From a virus (Duplodnaviria; Heunggongvirae; Uroviricota; Caudoviricetes), in IMG/VR virus record IMGVR_UViG_2778261382_000003: a DNA stretch of 18,906 nucleotides, one strand, 5' to 3'. The notes beneath the pieces are model-generated. The model did not search any database. It saw nothing but the letters and a program-made list of their open reading frames with translations, and was not told the DNA's origin. Shown here piece after piece: positions 15,509 through 18,906 of this stretch (position 1 is the stretch's first letter; the number at the start of each line of letters is the position of its first letter). The position numbers and the translations under genes were made by a program.

Positions 15509-15931
15509 TCATATCGCCCCCAGCATGGTAGTAACCATCGCCATCAATGGACCAGCCAGATCCGGGTCCACACGAAACATCGACACAATACCTTCACTAA
15601 TTTCCTTCAATTTCTGGTGGCGTGGTGCGTTGAGAATGACAGCCTGTTTTGCCTCACTGAGTTCCTTTTCCATTTCAGCCAACCTAGCCATGAAGCTATC
15701 CTGCTCAACCAGGTGGCCGCGATATTCCAGCGGTAGTACCGCCAGAATTGCCGGGGTCAGTTCACGCACGTTATTTCGGTATTTTTCAGAATCGAATTTG
15801 TTATCGAGGAAGCGGAACAGCTTCTGGCGTGCCCGACTGACATCATCAGGAAAATCGATGGTGACGCCGCCCTGTGCTCGATACTCATTCACAATGAGTG
15901 CGGCAACGACATCCTGATTAGGCGCGATCAC
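15509..15931 (-). CDS. Hypothetical protein in the cII position (about 141 aa; possibly a YdaT/CII-like regulator)
   Basis: The track ORF (15509-16051) begins at a GTG that would overlap the divergent gene at 16046. The internal GTG at 15929-15931 with SD (ggag) is the more plausible start. No lambda CII similarity; the YdaT-like suggestion comes from position and length only. Confidence 0.45.
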   Translation of the reverse strand: MIAPNQDVVAALIVNEYRAQGGVTIDFPDDVSRARQKLFRFLDNKFDSEKYRNNVRELTPAILAVLPLEYRGHLVEQDSFMARLAEMEKELSEAKQAVILNAPRHQKLKEISEGIVSMFRVDPDLAGPLMAMVTTMLGAI

Positions 15932-16045
15932 TTTCGTCCACTCCGTTACAAAGCGAGGCTGGGTATTTCCCGGCCTTTCTGTTATCAGAAATCCACTGAA
16001 AGCACAGCGGCTGGCTGAGAAGATAAATAATAAACGGGAGGCGGT

Positions 16046-16237
16046 ATGCACAAAGCATCTCCTGTTGAGTTAAGAACGAGTATTGAGATGGCACATAGCC
16101 TTGCTCAAATTGGAGTCAGGTTTGTGCCAATACCAGTAGAAACAGACGAAGAATTTCATACGTTAGCCACATCCCTTTCACAAAAGCTGGAAATGATGGT
16201 GGCGAAAGCAGAAGCAGATGAGAGAGACCAGGTATGA
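16046..16237 (+). CDS. Hypothetical small protein (63 aa), first gene of the leftward early operon remnant
   Basis: ATG at 16046 with strong SD (gggagg, 6 nt upstream). No HTH evident, so not obviously a repressor. Confidence 0.5.
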   Translation: MHKASPVELRTSIEMAHSLAQIGVRFVPIPVETDEEFHTLATSLSQKLEMMVAKAEADERDQV

Positions 16238-16247
16238 CAACCACTGA

Positions 16248-16529
16248 ATGCATTTTTCTGGCAGCGGGCTTCATATTCTGTGTGCTTATGCTTGCCGACA
16301 TGGGGCTTGTTCAGTGACACCTCAGCAAGAAAACGCCCTTCGCAGCATTGCCCGTCAGGCTAATTCTGAAATCAAAAAAGCCAGACAGCAGTTTCCGGAT
16401 AAAAACGTCGATGACATTTGCCGTAGCGTACTGAAGAAGCACCGCGAAACAGTAACGCTGATGGGATTCACACCGACTCATTTAAGCCTAGCGATCGGCA
16501 TGTTAAACGGCGTCTTTAAGGAACGGTGA
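16248..16529 (+). CDS. Hypothetical protein (93-aa ORF; alternatively a 27-aa hydrophobic peptide at 16234-16317 plus a 72-aa protein from GTG 16314)
   Basis: The ATG at 16248 has no SD. An ATG at 16234 overlaps the upstream stop (ATGA) and opens a 27-codon ORF, MTTTECIFLAAGFIFCVLMLADMGLVQ, whose stop overlaps an in-frame GTG (GTGA) of the downstream frame. The gene model is ambiguous. Confidence 0.4.
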   Translation: MHFSGSGLHILCAYACRHGACSVTPQQENALRSIARQANSEIKKARQQFPDKNVDDICRSVLKKHRETVTLMGFTPTHLSLAIGMLNGVFKER

Positions 16530-16550
16530 ACATGAAAAGCAAAATCATCA

Positions 16551-16576
16551 GGGAGCTACAGGCTCCTTTTTTATTG
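16551..16576 (+). terminator. Putative rho-independent terminator (plus strand)
   Basis: Stem ggagc / gctcc with loop tacag, followed by ttttttatt. Confidence 0.4.
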
Positions 16577-16627
16577 TTCGCATTCACCCTCAAGCGTATT
16601 AACCAACAGTTCAGGGATTAATGAAAG

Positions 16628-16849
16628 ATGGCAGACATCATTGATTCAGCATCAGAAATAGAAGAATTACAGCGCAACACAGCAATAAAAATGCGCCGCC
16701 TGAACTACCTGGCTGTATCTGCCACTCATTGTTGTGAGTGTGGCGATCCGATAGATGAACGAAGACGACTGGCCGTTCAGGGTTGTCGGACTTGCGCCAG
16801 TTGCCAGCAAGATCTGGAGCTTATCCGCAAACAAAGGGGGATGAAGTGA
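16628..16849 (+). CDS. TraR/DksA-family C4-type zinc-finger protein (73 aa)
   Basis: Four Cys as CxxC-(17)-CxxC (CCECGDPIDERRRLAVQGCRTCASC) in a ~70-aa protein, the typical phage TraR-like architecture. Confidence 0.7.
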   Translation: MADIIDSASEIEELQRNTAIKMRRLNYLAVSATHCCECGDPIDERRRLAVQGCRTCASCQQDLELIRKQRGMK

Positions 16850-17181
16850 TGGCTAACCTGCAACTTGCTGTTAAAAGTGAATACTTCGATGCCATGATTC
16901 GCGGAGAGAAAACGGAAGAGTATCGCTTGTGTAATGACTACTGGAATAAGCGAATTATGTTCCGGGAATATGACCGCCTGATTATCACAAAGGGATATCC
17001 GAAGCGCGACGATTCCAGTCGCAGAATTGATGTTCCGTATGACGGATATGAAGTGAAGACAATCACACATCCGCACTTTGGCGATAAACCGGTAAAGGTG
17101 TTCGCTATAAAGGTGAATATCACCACTGAATATCAATCCGCACAACACAAGGTCAAGAATGTTCAGAGTGATTTACCCTAA
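16849..17181 (+). CDS. ASCH-like domain protein (110 aa)
   Basis: ATG at 16849-16851 overlaps the upstream stop. N-terminus LQLAVKSEYFDAMIRGEKTEEYR resembles the start of ASCH/PUA-like domains; assignment from motif memory only. Confidence 0.5.
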   Translation: MANLQLAVKSEYFDAMIRGEKTEEYRLCNDYWNKRIMFREYDRLIITKGYPKRDDSSRRIDVPYDGYEVKTITHPHFGDKPVKVFAIKVNITTEYQSAQHKVKNVQSDLP

Positions 17182-17398
17182 CACCTGGTACGTCGACCAC
17201 CACGGCACTCCCTGCAAAATCCTGCGTTCTACCCATAACAAAGTTCACTACATCCGAAAAGGCAGAACATGTATCGCCAGCATGTTCCGCTTTAATCATG
17301 ACTTTGAACCTGTGAATAAAGCTGATGCAGATCGGATAGCAGAAGAGATCGAAACGGCAGAACACATTAAGAAGTTACGTGCCATACGCAGGAAATAG
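17159..17398 (+). CDS. Hypothetical small basic protein (79 aa)
   Basis: ATG at 17159 with SD (aagg). Overlaps the previous gene by 23 nt in another frame. Family unknown. Confidence 0.45.
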   Translation: MFRVIYPNTWYVDHHGTPCKILRSTHNKVHYIRKGRTCIASMFRFNHDFEPVNKADADRIAEEIETAEHIKKLRAIRRK

Positions 17399-17537
17399 AA
17401 AAATTGATAAATTCAATACTGCATTTCTCAGCATTAAATTTATCTCTATGACCAGTCATGAGATGTACCTGCCATGAGCTTAATATCATGTCAGATATAT
17501 CGGTCACAAACTCCCTCAGCAGCTAAGAGGAGGACAA

Positions 17538-17774
17538 ATGTCTCGACTAATCACTTTACAGGACTGGGCTAAAGAAGAATTTGGGGACTTAGCACCAAGT
17601 GAGCGAGTTCTGAAAAAATACGCGCAAGGGAAAATGATGGCCCCACCAGCTATAAAAGTTGGTCGCTACTGGATGATTGACCGAAATTCCCGTTTTGTAG
17701 GAACGCTTGCAGAACCGCAACTCCCAATAAACGCAAACCCAAAACTCCAACGGATAATCGCTGATGGCTGCTAG
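17538..17774 (+). CDS. xis: Putative excisionase
   Basis: 78-aa protein directly upstream of int with a 11-nt overlap. Very strong SD (taagaggagg). Call is by position and size; no strong sequence match to lambda Xis. Confidence 0.6.
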   Translation: MSRLITLQDWAKEEFGDLAPSERVLKKYAQGKMMAPPAIKVGRYWMIDRNSRFVGTLAEPQLPINANPKLQRIIADGC

Positions 17775-18906
17775 ACCCCGATCTCACAAAATCTCTATAC
17801 CCAATTTATATTGCAAATTAGATAAGCGAACCGGAAAGGTATATTGGCAATACAAACATCCACTATCCGGTCGTTTTCATAGCTTAGGAACTGATGAGAA
17901 TGAAGCAAAACAAGTTGCTACTGAAGCAAATACCATTATTGCTGAACAACGTACCCGACAAATATTAAGCGTCAATGAGCGTCTGGAAAGAATGAAAGGC
18001 AGGCGCTCAGACATTACGGTGACAGAATGGCTTGATAAATATATTTCTATCCAGGAGGACAGGCTGCAACATAATGAACTAAGACCCAACTCCTATCGGC
18101 AAAAAGGCAAACCCATTCGTCTTTTCCGTGAGCATTGTGGAATGCAACACCTCAAGGATATTACCGCACTTGATATTGCCGAAATAATTGATGCTGTAAA
18201 GGCTGAAGGTCATAACAGGATGGCGCAAGTCGTGAGAATGGTGTTAATCGACGTCTTCAAAGAAGCACAACACGCAGGACATGTTCCGCCAGGATTTAAC
18301 CCAGCGCAGGCAACAAAACAACCGCGAAATCGAGTAAACCGCCAAAGATTATCACTGCCCGAATGGCAGGCAATATTTGACAGCGTAAGCAGACGGCAGC
18401 CCTATTTAAAATGCGGGATGCTACTTGCTCTTGTCACTGGACAACGTTTAGGCGATATCTGCAATTTGAAATTCTCTGATATCTGGGACGACATGTTGCA
18501 CATTACTCAGGAAAAAACCGGTTCAAAACTTGCTATTCCGCTTAACCTGAAATGCGATGCTCTGAATATTACCCTTCGTGAAGTTATATCTCAGTGCAGG
18601 GATGCTGTTGTTAGTAAATATCTGGTCCATTACCGTCACACAACCTCTCAAGCAAACAGAGGAGACCAGGTTTCTGCGAATACTCTGACAACGGCTTTTA
18701 AAAAGGCCAGGGAAAAATGTGGCATAAAATGGGAGCAAGGAACTGCGCCCACATTTCATGAGCAGCGATCTCTGTCAGAACGGTTATATCGGGAACAGGG
18801 TCTGGATACGCAAAAGTTGTTAGGCCATAAATCCAGAAAAATGACCGACCGATACAATGATGATCGTGGTAAAGACTGGATTATCGTAGATATCAAAACA
18901 GCATAG
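17764..18906 (+). CDS. int: Lambda-family tyrosine integrase
   Basis: 380 aa. N-terminal arm-binding-like region (RPRSHKISIPNLYCKLDKRTGKVYWQYKHPLSG) and C-terminal catalytic motifs (..LALVTGQRLGDICNLKFSDI.., ..FHEQRSLSERLY.., ..LLGHKSRKMTDRYNDDRG..) align with lambda Int from memory. Complete ORF ending at the last base of the window. Confidence 0.9.
   Translation: MAARPRSHKISIPNLYCKLDKRTGKVYWQYKHPLSGRFHSLGTDENEAKQVATEANTIIAEQRTRQILSVNERLERMKGRRSDITVTEWLDKYISIQEDRLQHNELRPNSYRQKGKPIRLFREHCGMQHLKDITALDIAEIIDAVKAEGHNRMAQVVRMVLIDVFKEAQHAGHVPPGFNPAQATKQPRNRVNRQRLSLPEWQAIFDSVSRRQPYLKCGMLLALVTGQRLGDICNLKFSDIWDDMLHITQEKTGSKLAIPLNLKCDALNITLREVISQCRDAVVSKYLVHYRHTTSQANRGDQVSANTLTTAFKKAREKCGIKWEQGTAPTFHEQRSLSERLYREQGLDTQKLLGHKSRKMTDRYNDDRGKDWIIVDIKTA

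Noticed and set aside
15525-15917. Plus-strand 130-aa ORF in the cII-position region
   Set aside because: Arg/Ser-rich nonsense-like translation with no RBS; it overlaps the minus-strand gene, which has a GTG start and SD.
16777-17365. Minus-strand ORFs (16777-17148, 16938-17126, 17153-17365) opposite the early-left genes
   Set aside because: They overlap the plus-strand TraR-like, ASCH-like and 79-aa genes, which form a coherent co-oriented operon with RBSs and overlapping stop/start codons.
1-18906. Insertion sequences, transposase genes or tRNA genes
   Set aside because: No transposase-like ORF, terminal inverted repeats or tRNA-like structures were recognised; the mosaic structure is explained by phage modular recombination and deletions instead.

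Overview
This window is almost entirely a lambdoid (lambda / DLP12 / PA-2-like) prophage with E. coli-type sequence, read from its integrase end back to its side tail fibre. All calls are from reading the ORF translations and DNA by eye; no searches were run. High to low coordinates: int and xis (+ strand, 17538-18906; the att site must lie just past the window end), a reduced early-left operon of small genes (16046-17398), a protein in the cII position, replication genes O (with internal ori iterons) and P, the nin genes (ybcN, ninE, ybcO, rusA), antiterminator Q, an OmpC-family porin moron on the opposite strand, a pinholin / SAR-endolysin / Rz / Rz1 lysis cassette, bor, and a side tail fibre gene (288-2249). 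The head and tail genes expected between bor and the tail fibre are absent and no cI/cro-type repressor is recognisable, so the element looks defective and mosaic. The best candidate for an undescribed system is a strongly AT-rich two-gene operon (11982-13621, minus strand) at the ren position between P and the nin genes: a 221-aa soluble protein followed by a 319-aa protein with about three C-terminal transmembrane helices, an architecture typical of abortive-infection or exclusion modules. Other points of interest are a pair of ~120-bp direct repeats (9830-9951 and 11764-11885) bracketing a second cassette, a prophage lipoprotein with a TonB C-terminal-like domain next to bor, extra genes inserted inside the lysis cassette, and a chimeric tail fibre.
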